Below are positions 51,775 through 64,000 of a stretch of DNA of 64,000 bases, in pieces; the stretch's first letter is position 1, and each line of letters starts with the position of its first letter. The DNA comes from Ruditapes philippinarum. Its lineage: Eukaryota. The notes below the pieces were generated by a model that was not told the DNA's origin, made no database searches, and was given only the letters and a program-made list of their open reading frames with translations. The DNA is taken from the NCBI RefSeq assembly GCF_026571515.1, contig NW_026852705.1, positions 186,001 through 250,000 of the forward strand, given 5' to 3'. Position numbers and translations under genes: made by a program.

Positions 51775-53337
51775 GAATTTATTAATTTATTCAGATTGGG
51801 GATAGGTAATGTGGTAATGGGTTTGTATAAAGTTTTGTCTGGTGCATGGACGTACTTGTTTATAAACATTTTAATTTTTTTCTTCATGCTATTTTGAGCT
51901 AGGAGACACTGCCTCTATGAATCTTTTCATGAGTAGCATTACTTGCAATATTATCCATTTCAAGTCCCCTAAAAAATAACAATAATCGTTAATTATCGAC
52001 TTATTGATATAAATTTGAAAATTCATCTTTTGGCATGCCATTAAAAATGTTGATGAAACGGCGGTTAGCGTAATACTGGCGCGTCCCAATTATTTACAGC
52101 TATGTTTTTCGGTGTCTTTGGTCATGCAACCAATCAGGAACACCAAACATACTTCTGATTGGCTTTTATGGTGTGGGGTTTACAATATCGGTCATTGACA
52201 CGTTACATAAAAAGTAACCGAGGTTCCGAGTGGGGAACTTAATTATGAAGAGAAGCCAATTATAAATTGAAATTTCATGTTTATTAAAATTTTCATATCT
52301 GTTTATCATGCGATAAAACAGTTGTAATATATCGAACTCGACTTTTATGTAGAAATATCATAAACCTGGGGCGGCATCTCGGTTTTTCCTTACAGACAAT
52401 GTTCTCGGCCCATATCCTGTAAAGAAAAACCTTCGATGTCGCACCAGGCCATGATATTTCCACATAACAGTCTGTCGCTATTACTATAACTTGTGGAATC
52501 TTAAAGTGATAGATAGTTTTATGAATGTAAGTGTCATATCATAGAAACATATTATATGACACATAGCTTTACAAAGTTCAATACTTTTAGTTTGGTTTGT
52601 CCAAGTAACATATCCTTTATTAGTGAATTGTTTATCATACGAGTATTATCCGCTCTGCGTCAACATTTTCATGTACTCGTGCCTTTTAGTATTTCTAATG
52701 CTAGCATAAGCTAGTGAGTCCTGTCATTGTGGTGATCAAACACACTAATGTTACAATTGAACTTTCAGCCAAAGCTACGAAACCTAAATTGTTTCTAGAC
52801 ATTGGCTATTAATGATGATATTGAAGTGGTCCGTAGTTTCGTAGATGGTTTTTGACATCACTTATGGATCTCTTCAGCACATATGGTGCTCAAATGCAAT
52901 TTTGAGCAGCGATTCCCTTCGTTTGCAGTCAAATCTAAATAAATGTTTAAATCAGGATTTGTCTGAATGTTAAGCATCGGTCTGTAGTGAAATTTCGTAA
53001 AATCTGTGTTTTTTGAGTCCGTTTTGTCACATATATTGCATGTTTTTGACACACCAGAACCTCACGACGCAAAAACATCTCGATGGAGACTGCATAGAAA
53101 TCCAAAACAAAAATGGGTAATATGTAGAGGTGTCAGGAGGGTAGAATCACATTTCGATTTTCTTAAAAAAAGGATTTAATTTTATATAAATGTTTAAAAA
53201 GATGAACACTTACCATGCGATTGACCCATTTTTACAGTCATATCTGGTGTTATGCTTCACATCTGGTGCAGCGGAAATTCACATATAATTTTTACCGATG
53301 CTCATTTTTGAGATACATATGGGGTTCCACCCCCGTG
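50606..53337. mobile_element. Non-autonomous DNA transposon with ~470-bp TIRs and CAC...GTG ends (CMC/Transib-like), copy 1
   Basis: CACGGGGGTGGAACCCCATATG ... CATATGGGGTTCCACCCCCGTG; nested hairpin MITE at ~52350-52465; no transposase ORF. Confidence 0.85.
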
Positions 53338-54619
53338 TCTTATCACGTAGTTCATGGAAAACATTAATCAAATTTGTGCGAATTCATATTGACATTATAA
53401 AACCGAACGAATGCACTAAATGTTTCTGGTATACTGTTTGTCAACTTAAGTTTCCTTTGAAATGTTAACGCTGAATTTACAGCAACTACATCGTTCTTGT
53501 GAAGAGAAATATATAAGGCAGTATTGCTTCGCATAATAGACATATCGTTATTATGATGATAACTTAAATAATTTTGTCACGTAGGTAACTGTCATTTTTT
53601 TTTCAGGATTCGGCTGTCGGAAAACACCAAGTCTTTTATAAATAGATTGAACATGAAACTGCTTTGGTGTACAGTCTACAAAGGATAGGCAGGTGATAGG
53701 CGATCTTCAGGAAAACCTGAATCAGCGGTCACCTGTATTCAGCAGTAACATGGCTTAAACCGCCAAGCAAAAATTGTTAAAAACTTACTTTCTTTTCTCG
53801 GTTACATGCTAGAACTACTGTCAACTGCATTGAAACTGAGGGGCACGGGTTCAAGCCCTAGAAGAGGCAACTTTTTTTTCTTCCTTTTTTTTTCTTTGAA
53901 CATTATTTGTGTCTCTCAGATCACACTTGATAAGAAAAAAGTATTTCATTTTAATTATAAAATTATTATTGGTATTTATTGGCTAAATTGTGCCGAATTT
54001 ATTATCAAATATGGTACCTGATATTTTCAAAGTCTTTTAAAATAAAAAAACTAGACGGTAAACGTATTTCATATTTGACAAGCACAACCAATATACGTTT
54101 AAAAAATATATGCAAACTTTGAAAACAGCCCCTGATTTGAGATAATTTTAAGGATATTTGGAATATAAGGCCCTCCAAGTAGAAAAATGATGAAACAACT
54201 ACTTAAAATGGGTGGGGTAGGGTAACACTTATATACATATTTCAAACATTTTGCGTAGAAACAATAATTTTGCTGGGTCATTTGTTAGCTGAATGCTATT
54301 ACATGTATTTGTTTCTTAAAAATGTTCTATAGGAAAACATTTTTTCATAATGATTAAATAATAGAATATTTAGAGTTACTCATTTCTGAAAAAGAGTCCT
54401 TCTAATAGCCAAGCCTTCCTTAAGAAAAATCTCCATCACTCGTAAACCATACGGGTAAACTTTGTTTAAATTTTGCATTCTTGTGTCTTTTAAGGTATTT
54501 TACTGACCTATGTTGTCAATTTTATAGTTCCTTATAGTGTCCATTAGGGGGCTCATACCGATTCTTTATAAAACATGCATGGTTGTTTGATTTGATTTTT
54601 ATCAATCTACTAAGCTGCC

Positions 54620-54651
54620 TGACGTTAGTGACGTCACAGATTATGACGTCA
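54620..54651 (+). promoter_or_regulatory. CRE cluster upstream of the orphan gene
   Basis: TGACGTTA plus two perfect TGACGTCA (54629, 54644), ~100 bp before the first ATG. Confidence 0.65.
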
Positions 54652-54750
54652 AAAATTAACGTTATCGCTATAGACACAAAAAGCGACATTAAAGAGAGAC
54701 AAGCAAGCTTAATCATACAGTGAGAAAAGAGAGATATATCATCTTTATTA

Positions 54751-57238
54751 ATGGATAAAGGTAAACATTATTTAATACCAGTCCTAATTAATGGTGTTTC
54801 ATTTCATATTCATCTTTTGATAAGTTAGATGACAATTTATGCAGGTAGAAATAACAGATAAAGGTGCAGTCATCTTTGTTATTACTAGGGCTTATCACTA
54901 GTACTTTATTTTTTATATTTCCTGACAGAAAGCCCCCCAATTATGGTCAAAATTGGTTGATCGGGAGTAGATCTATTGTTATTTTGCGATATTTCTAAAT
55001 AAAGATTTTTTTTAAGATTAGAAAATCTAGATAGACTTATTCTGTCATTTATCTAGCTAAAATACAGCGATAATTATTTTCTTACACACTATTTTGAAGA
55101 AATGTCATCATTTCACACAGTCTGCTTATTAAATACATTTTATAAATATTTTACTTGACATCTAACTTTAAATTATTATTTTTTATATATAATTTGATAT
55201 TTATTTATCACTATTCAGTTGAATAAATAGATGAATGAATGAATTTATTAATTAACTAACTGATCTATGCTTTTATTATTATAATTCAAGAATTTCAAGG
55301 GTGATAAAGATGCCAATTAATGTAATTCGAATTCATATAATCTTCTACAGTATGTATTGTATTTCAACATAGATAATATAGGTATTGTTTCATTATATTT
55401 TAATAGATACTTCAAACATGGATACAGAAATAAAGACAGAATCAGAGTCACCCCATAAATTTACTAGCGTTCTTGAACGGAGAAGGATCAAGAGAAAAGA
55501 AGAAGACGAGGCGAATATTGAATGGAGTCCGTTAGAGAAGCCAGATAATTCTGCGATAGAAAGTCGGATGGACAACATCATTGAGAATTTAAAAAAGCAG
55601 TTTAAGCAAGAAAAGTTTGCAAGAAGACAAGCCCCCAAGGTTAGCACTTCCTATAAAGTTTTTTGTAATAGTGTTGACGCTTTCCTTCGTCATCTAGAGA
55701 ACCCAAAAGTCAAATATCAAGAATCTAACAGAGAGTTACCTGGAAATGCTGTGAAACCAGACAAAATAACAAGCACTAAACAAATGTCAGTGGACACACC
55801 AGCTCAAGACAGTCCAGTTCATGATGAAAGTCTTGATGATGATGATGCTAATGCTGCTGTTGATGATGGTGATGATGTTCAACAAGTGAAACATAAAGAA
55901 TGTGAACATTTAATTTCTCAGATGCTTAATAACGTTATTTTGCGCGATTCAAAAACCATCAATTGCAGCGAAGTCTCTTCCTTATCAATGCCTCACTTCT
56001 TTGGTGAGCCAACAGTCAAGAAACTGGTAACACAAACAAAAGCAGACGACATAAAGCCCATGCCAAGTTTATTCCAAAAGAGACATACGAGCAATGCCTA
56101 TTTCTTTTCTTTGAAACAAAAGAAGTTGATCAATGGCTGTTTGCTACCATATTTACTTGCGCCTTCTCCATTTATTGGTTTGAACAGGAAGCAAAAGTAC
56201 ATGGAGTTCTATGAAGTTAAGTTCAAACCTGCAGAAGTGTCTCTTCTCATGAGCAATCCAAAATATAAAGTTGGCGATCACATTAGTAAATGTGAGCATC
56301 TTCCTGTAAACAAGTGTATTGCAACTACTCAAAAGTCCGATATGCCTAATGGCTTTATTAAATATCAGCAGGTTCAAACAGAGAATAAAAATAAATCGAT
56401 AACACAAGACATCGGAAAATCCAAGGTTCCTGACTTTAAAAGAATATTCAGCCTCGCTTTGCGTTACAATAAGGTTCCATGCCCAAGAACACTGTCTATA
56501 TTTGGTTTATATTTTACACCTATACTCTATTTTGGCAGAGAAGCTGAAATGCCACGTTTACCTCACTCTCTAGCAAACTTTACAGATGAACGCAAATCTA
56601 AAAGTCATTACCATATAAGAACGTTGCTAACCCTGACAGCTACGACTTCAGTGAAATATGAATTTTTAACAATGGAAATGGACATAATTACAACATCATC
56701 GTATTTGAACACAAAACATCCTGCCGTAACAGATTTGGACAGTTATAAATTAAAGCCAGTCAAACACATTGATTCATTCGAAAACGTCTTCTTTGATAAT
56801 GTGGCGATCACATCATCGCATTTGAACACCGAGTATCCTGCCGTAAAAGATTTGGACAGTGACAAATTGAAGCCAGCCAAACATGATGATACATCGGGAA
56901 AAGTCTTCTTTGATAATTTTGAGACAATGGAGAAGAACGACAGTAAACAAGTTGAGGTTCAACCTGAAGAACTTGAAGTAATCATTGATGACGATGACGA
57001 TGATTCGCCATTTGGGATACTGTCTGTCTATTGCAGAAGTGGAATTCATTCAAGGTAACTACTAAATACTATCTTAAAACAAAACTTTATACTTTATGAG
57101 AGATTATGTATACATGTATAACTATTTGCTATTTGATGAAATATTTCTTACTGGAAACCTTATGACTCATTTTATTTATGTGTGAACAACAATCACACAC
57201 TTCTTACGATTTATTAATTTATTTTTTGTTTCAGATGA
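54751..57238 (+). CDS. Unrecognised ~553-aa protein
   Basis: Micro-exon 54751-54760 (ATGGATAAAG|gtaaac), large exon 55407-57054 within the 557-codon ORF, last exon from 57235; internal 40-aa tandem repeat. Confidence 0.7.
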
Positions 57239-57683
57239 TTCCACAGATGAAGGCCAATAGATGAACAGAGATAGAAGAATTTTTATTTTTTGGAATTTAA
57301 ATATTTTTACATTATGATTAAAATATTATAATCAAACGTAATTTGCGTTGTTTTCTTTATTTTTAGCTTATAAATGATGGACATTGTATGTTGTGTCTAT
57401 CAATATTTACAGGGTTTTCAGTTATCAAAATACTAAAATTGAATGATTACCGTGTTGAGTCTGGCTATGAAAATGAGAAATATTTCAATATCTTTGAAAT
57501 ATAAATCAGATGATGTTTATCAGAGTTATTGCATAACGTATTTACTTTGTCAGACAAATAGTTTGCAAACTAGTGTCAAATAGTTTCAAATGGAAATCAG
57601 ACATATTGTGCTGTTGATTCAATGGCCTGTTCTTTAAAATATAATATTCTGTTATTAAGTCCCACATATTAAAATTGTTATGT

Positions 57684-57966
57684 TTGTTTGTTTTGTTTTT
57701 GTTTTTGAGTTTTACGTCACATCGACACAGTATAGGTCATATCGCGACGTTCCAGCTTTACTGGTGGAGGAAGACCTCAGGTGCCCTTCCGTGCATTATT
57801 TCAGGCACGAACGGGCATCTGAGTAGAACCACCGACGTTCTGTAAGCTAGCTGGATAGCTTCCTCACATGAAAGAATCCAAAGTCCCTGTCGGGATTCGA
57901 ATCCACAGTGGTGAGGGGCAAGTGGTTTGAAGTCAACGACCTTAACCACTCGGCCACGGACGCCCC
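57684..57966 (-). mobile_element. Intact tRNA-derived Meta-type SINE
   Basis: tggccgagtggttaagg / ttcgaatccc head; gaagctatccagctagcttac..gtggttcta body; (CAAAA)n tail; 13-bp TSD aaaattgttatgt. Confidence 0.9.
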
Positions 57967-59228
57967 AAAATTGTTATGTAAGTAACGTACAATTTCGAAA
58001 AAAAAAACTAGATGAAGGATGCTCCCTCACAAAGTGTTGAAATCAATGATTCCGAAGGACCAGAAAATCTAACAACACTGAAGTGAAGTACGGGCCAACT
58101 TTTTACAGCTGCCGCACGACACTTGAGAAGTAAAGAAATCTTGAAGAAGGGTGATCCCTCGGAAGCATTAATCACAACAAAATAACATGAACATTGCACA
58201 CTTGGTTTGATTGAGTTTGTACATGAGGGATATTGAAAAAGTACAACATCCCTCACACCCCTAACACCGGCTTGAGCGGTTCTTATTCTTGCCTGCGTAC
58301 TTTCTCCCCTAAGATTATGTCATTCAAGAATTCACGTACTTTAAAAAAAATAAACACAATAAATTGTAGTATTGGGGTGTTTCTTGGTAGTTTTGGGGTG
58401 TATTGGGATAATAAGACCGACTTCATTTTGTATACGTCATTAGATAATTACAAAACATTTAAATACAGATATGGTAAAGTTCAATAACGTGATGTAATTT
58501 TTTGAATCTGTATCTAACCAGGGTCTTTCAAATAGAAAAACCCTGATCTAACAAAAATCATGAATAGTGTTTTATTTAAACGAACATACAGTTGACGATA
58601 AGAATTACATGTAGACCATTTTGCAATAAACCTAAATAAGAAATGCTTCTAAAAAAGACTTTGATATACAAAACTGAAGAGAAATTTAGCCAACATGCAT
58701 ATTCTAGAATATTTAGGGATTTGATTTTGCGGCCACCTTTGACGCCATCATTGATATCTCAGCTTCATTTCCATGTTGAGCCAAATGATTCATATTCATT
58801 CTAGTAGCATAAATCTTGGTATATGAAACTTGCTATTGGTTGACATCGACAAGTTACCTTGTAAGTTAGGCTGGTGTATAGCACTTATGAATCGTCACCC
58901 TAAATGACCTCACGATCAATACACCACCGTCAATTATATAAAAGTCGATTAGTTACTTAAGAGTAATTAAAAACAACAACAACAAACAAACAAACATTTA
59001 TTTAGCAATTCAGCATAAAAATGCTTTTAGTCACAATATACAAATGGCAAAAATAAAAAAAATGACATGAAATATCACCCGTTATCGAATAATTAAATGT
59101 ATTTGACTAAGGTAAGTTTAAATTGTAATTCAAATAGAGTGTCAAAGTTGAGAACTATTACATAATTCATTTGAAGGAACTGTTACACGAAGGATGGAGT
59201 TCTTATGGTAACTTGTTTGGAGTTCTTA

Positions 59229-61161
59229 CACGGGGGTGGAACCCCATATGTATCTCAAAAATGAGCATCGGTAAAAATTATATGTGAATTTCCGCTGCAC
59301 CAGATGTGAAGCATAACACCAGATGTGACTGTAAAAAATAGGTCAATCGCCGGGTAAGTGTTCATCTTTTTAAACATTTATATAAATTAAATCCTTTTTT
59401 TAAGAAAATCGAAATGTGATTCGACCCTCCTGACTCTCCTCTATTTTACCCATTTTTGTTTTCTATGCAGTCTTCATCGAGATATTCTTTCCGTCGTGGG
59501 TTCTGGTGTGTCAAAAACATGCAATGTGAAAGACGAAAATGTCACAAAACGGACTCAAAAAACAGATTTTACAAAATTTCACTACAGACCGATGCTTAAC
59601 ATTCAGACAAATCCTGATTTAAACATTTATTGAGATTTGGCTGCAAACGAAGGGAATCGCTGCTCAAAATTGCATTTGAGCTCCATATGTGCTGAAGAGA
59701 TCCATATGTGCATAATATGAAAAATTAGCAACATAATTACGCATCACTTTCATAAAGCAATCTATAAGTTATTCTTTCCCCGAGAAAATAACAATAATCG
59801 TTAATTATCGACTTATTGATATAAATTTGAAAATTCATCTTTTGGCATGCCATTAAAAATGTTGATGAAACGGCGGTTAGCGTAATACTGGCGCGTCCCA
59901 ATTATTTACAGCAATGTTTTTCGGTGTCTTTGGTCATGCAACCAATCAGGAACACCAAACATACTTCTGATTGGCTTTTATGGTGTGGGGTTTACAATAT
60001 CGGTCATTGGCACGTTACATAAAAAGTAACCGAGGTTCCGAGTGGGGAATTTAATTTATGAAGATAAGCCAATTATAAATTGAAATTTCATGTTTATTAA
60101 AATTTTCATATCTGTTTATCATGCGATAAAACAGTTGTAATATATCGAACTCGACTTTTATGTAGAAATATCATAAACCTGGGGCGGCATCTCGGTTTTT
60201 CCTTACAGACAATGTTCTCGGCCCATATCCTGTAAAGAAAAACCTTCGATGTCGCACCAGGCCATGATATTTCCACATAACAGTCTGTCGCTATTACTAT
60301 AACTTGTGGAATCTTAAAGTGATAGATAGTTTTATGAATGTAAGTGTCATATCATAGAAACATATTATATGACACATAGCTTTACAAAGTTCAATACTTT
60401 CAGTTTGGTTTGTCCAAGTTACATATCCTTTATTAGTGAATTGTTTATCATACGAGTATTATCCGCTCTGCGTCAACATTTTCATGTACTCGGGCCTTTT
60501 AGTATTTCTAATGCTAGCATAAGCTAGTGAGTCATGTCATTGTGGTGATCAAACACACTAATGTTACAATTGAACTTTCTGCCAAAGCTACGAAACCTAA
60601 ATTGTTTCTAGACATTGGCTATTAATGATGATATTAAAGTGGTCCGTAGTTTCGTAGAAGGTTTTTGACATCACTTGTGGATCACTTCAGCACATATGGT
60701 GCTCAAATGCAATTTTGAGCAGCGATTCCCTTCGTTTGCAGTCAAATCTCAATAAATATTTAAATCAGGATTTGTCTGAATGTTAAGCATCGGTCTGTAG
60801 TGAAATTTCGTAAAATCTGTGTTTTTTGAGTCCGTTTTGTGACATTTTCTTCATTCACATTGCATGTTTTTGACACACCAGAACCTCACGACGGAAAGAA
60901 CATCTCGATGAAGACTGCATAGAAATCCAAAACAAAAATGGGTAATATAGAGGAGTCAGGAGGGTAGAATCACATTTCGATTTTCTTAAAAAAAAGGATT
61001 GAATTTTATATCAATGTTTAAAAAGATGAACACTTACCCGGCGAATGACCTATTTTTACAGTCATATCTGGTGTTATGCTTCACATCTGGTGCAGCGGAA
61101 ATTCACATATAATTTTTACCGATGCTCATTTTTGAGATACATATGGGGTTCCACCCACGTG
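59229..61161. mobile_element. Same long-TIR element, copy 2 (internal ~800-bp deletion)
   Basis: Same orientation and near identical to 50606-53337, lacking ~51160-51965. Confidence 0.88.
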
Positions 61162-62839
61162 ATAAATGTGCACAAAGGGGTTGATTCTGCACAACTTCAG
61201 TGAATTACCTCCCTTTATTTATTTAGAAACTGAGATAAGTGCATAAATTCTAGTTTTTGGCTACCTAATTGTGAAGAAAATACACAAATACTCTCATTCC
61301 AAGTACATTTTGGTCTGAAGAGGTGATTTACATGGTAAAACACATGAAAGAAGGTTTCAATTGTCATATTTGGTTCCTAATGAATGCAAAAGTGGCCAAA
61401 AAATGGGTGTAGAAGTCAAATTTTAGGCTATCACTCTGCTGTTAAGTCCAGAGGAACTTGGTTTTTCCATATATTGCATTTTTTATATCCATGAAAGAGA
61501 GAAACAAAATATATATAAGTAAATTTTGGCATTTTATTAACATTTAGGCTTGTATTTAAGAGTATATTAGCATATATTTTGAGTAGAAAAATATAGCAGG
61601 TGCAGTTTTAAAATACCTAGTTACACCCAAAATGTTGCTATGTGTGTACAAATAGTGTGTAATCCATGATCAGGTCACTTTACAGTTGTTATTAAGTATG
61701 TTTGCTAAGCTAAATCTTCATTCAGGAAGTCTATTGGTAATAAAATGTTAAATTTGGGTGAAAAATCACTTATTTTGTTATGGGTTGGGTGATAAAATTG
61801 CTCACTGCTACATCCTTTTGTTACAAAATTAGTATTTTGAAGCACTTTTGTAATGAGAACAGTGTAGTTTTGCTATCTGAGTGATTTTATAGAAGTTGTT
61901 ACAAAATTGGCTTCAGAATAATGAATTATGTATGAAACTCACATGCTTACATTCATTTTCAGAATATCCGAAATGCGGCATAATGGCGCTTGTTAGAAAA
62001 AAGGGAACTTCAAAGTTTTAAATGACTTAAGAGTGGTGAAAATGCATCCATATAATTGGTAATTGTATATGCAACTTCATTTATTATTATACATTAGAAT
62101 ACTAAACATTTAATATTGCCTTAAGGTCAGGGTATCGCATTGTAACATGGCCAGCGATTGGCTGAAAAAAGTGCAGGGAAAACCGTATGATTCAATTTAT
62201 ACATGAGGTGATTGGATGAAGATGGGGTATTTTTAAGTATAAAAACTAATTTTGAAAGTAACACTACATTGTTTTCTGAAGAAAATGAAATATTTCAGGA
62301 GTCTCTATGATAATTTTGACTTGGATATTTGCATTTATAGAAAGTGTATGTCAGTGCTGTGATCAGCAGAAAATTTCTATGAAATGGGGGGTAATCCTCT
62401 TTGAAGTCATTTTGCAAAAAATTTAGTTGGCTACCCCTATATAACAGGAACATTTTTATGTGTCAGGCATTTCATTCTGCTAGAAAAATCACCTCTTTAG
62501 CATGAAAACTCAATTTAAAGGTATGATAAGGGACCATTTCTTATAATTAAGTCTATGGAAATATCAATATGAGTGTCTGACCACAGCAGGTGTACTAGTC
62601 CGTAATTTCAGGGGAGAGAACTCCAGGCATTCCGTATGATTACGGTACGTGAAAGATACGAGAAAAAGCGTCTACATCCTGGAGATAATAAACAACTGTT
62701 GTCGTTTTTTAATGGTTAACTTAAAAGGTAATTATAATTTTAGACATACAGGTACGAAAATATTTTCCTTAGTTTATGGTGATTTAAAAGGCGGTCACTG
62801 TTCACGTGACATTTCTTATCAACTTCTTGTAAATAACTC

Positions 62840-63062
62840 TGAGTGTGTACGTACAGATTACATTGACCAGTGGAATAACCTAGATGAAAACATTGTTCTC
62901 AGTGAAAGTGTTTTGACATTTAAAACTTTACTCGACCGGAGCTGGCAAAGTCAAAGATTTAATACAAGTGACATTTACTGAAGTTAACTTGATAATACTG
63001 TATAGGAGGAGCTTACAAGCCATCTTGGCTTAAATGCTCAGAAGAAGAAGAAGGTAAAGGTA
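62840..63062 (+). mobile_element. 3' fragment of a CR1/L2-type LINE
   Basis: DQWNNLDENIVLSESVLTFKTLLDRSW matches the WNxLP..V...S...FK..LD C-terminal ORF2 motif; gaagaagaagaaggtaaaggtaa tail. Confidence 0.7.
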
Positions 63063-63327
63063 ATGTAAGTTTAAATCTCGGTGGAACATCGATATGATTA
63101 TCTACTGTATGTATTTATTCCAGTTAAACAAAACAAATTCTTTGAATAGTCAAAAACAGGCAGCCAAAATACTACGAAGTAATATATTTTGGTATAAATA
63201 TGTATTTATTTTGTTTAAACAATAAAGTTACAATGTCATTTTGAAATTCTTTGCTGAAATGTTTTGCTCGTTGTTTTCAGATATGTTGATTTGTTTGAGA
63301 TAACTGAATGATTTGTTTGAGATAATA

Positions 63328-63998
63328 ATGGGTCAGTATGCCAGTGTGTTTATTGTTCCAGCTGGAAAAGCAATAAATAAAGTTACCAATCCTAGCAAGC
63401 CTAACTGGATTACTGCACATGCCATTGCTTCTGAGTGTAAGAGCTTTAAGTTAATTCTTTTCTATACATGTACTGTATGTCACATATAATGTAAGAATTT
63501 GACGCTGCTCTTTAAGTGACACCCTTGACCTGTCTTATTTTGTAAAAACAAGACTTTATAGAAAAAAAACTAAATCATTTTCAAAAAGATTACTTTTTCA
63601 TTTAACCTGATATTACAATGTATATATCATCATTACAAAATCTAATGCCCATTTGTTATTTAGCTATAATAGCCTTCAGAATATAACCTGACCTATATAT
63701 ACAGTAATGTATGCAGACTTAAACCTATGACATTGAATGATGACATCAACTTTACCCATGCTTGACCTATTCTTGAATTCTTAAGCCTTAAAATTTGGAA
63801 CTTGTCTAACAAAAGTTTTTTGGGTGACCGTGTGCGTAATTTAAAGGTCATTATAATGTCCCTCTTGTTTCAGTAAGTATTGCAGAGGTGGAGAGATTGT
63901 GGATACGGTTTCAGCAACTAGGCTGTAATAAAGATGGTGAGTTGACAGACGAAGCCATCAGAAAGTCAGAATATAACCAGGATGTGTTCATGAGAAAT
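63328..63998 (+). CDS. N-myristoylated EF-hand protein, CHP/calcineurin B/tescalcin-like; 5' part only
   Basis: Exons 63328-63436 (MGQYAS...) and 63874-63998 (LSIAEVERLWIRFQQLGCNKDGELT..) in phase, with GT at 63999; resembles the CHP motif ITRLYSRFTSLDKGENGTLS. Confidence 0.7.
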
Positions 63999-64000
63999 GT

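Noticed and set aside
58008-58260. Coding-like stretch (MKDAPSQSVEINDSEGPEN...)
   Set aside because: Several stops in frame and no recognisable homology; at most an unassigned relic.

Overview
AT-rich, intron-rich animal DNA, inferred to be a bivalve mollusc from its CORE/Meta/V-type SINEs and pearl/HINE-like satellite-bearing elements. Gene models were built by hand from splice sites and reading-frame phase: an ePHD (PHF6/PHF11/G2E3-type zinc finger) gene on the minus strand running off the left edge; head-to-head with it, a 9-exon coilin gene; two intact copies of an unrecognised basic 248-aa protein gene in a ~2.8-3.0 kb segmental duplication; a disrupted Harbinger transposase; MXRA7; a compact multi-cysteine-cluster Toll-like receptor; an unrecognised ~553-aa gene between two copies of a long-TIR CAC...GTG DNA element; and the start of a myristoylated CHP/calcineurin-B-like EF-hand gene. 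The most notable structure: (i) the two long-TIR elements have apparently swapped 5-bp flanks (inner TCTTA/TCTTA), as expected of a cointegrate or integrated circle carrying a whole gene; (ii) the duplication ends exactly at a Harbinger end, placing the transposase behind a copy of the MXRA7 promoter; (iii) a sense-strand minimal hammerhead ribozyme and a duplicated 'poison' splice acceptor lie inside coilin; (iv) both orphan gene types have CRE-cluster promoters. No CRISPR array or true tRNA/rRNA gene is supported. All family assignments come from recalled motifs, not database searches.
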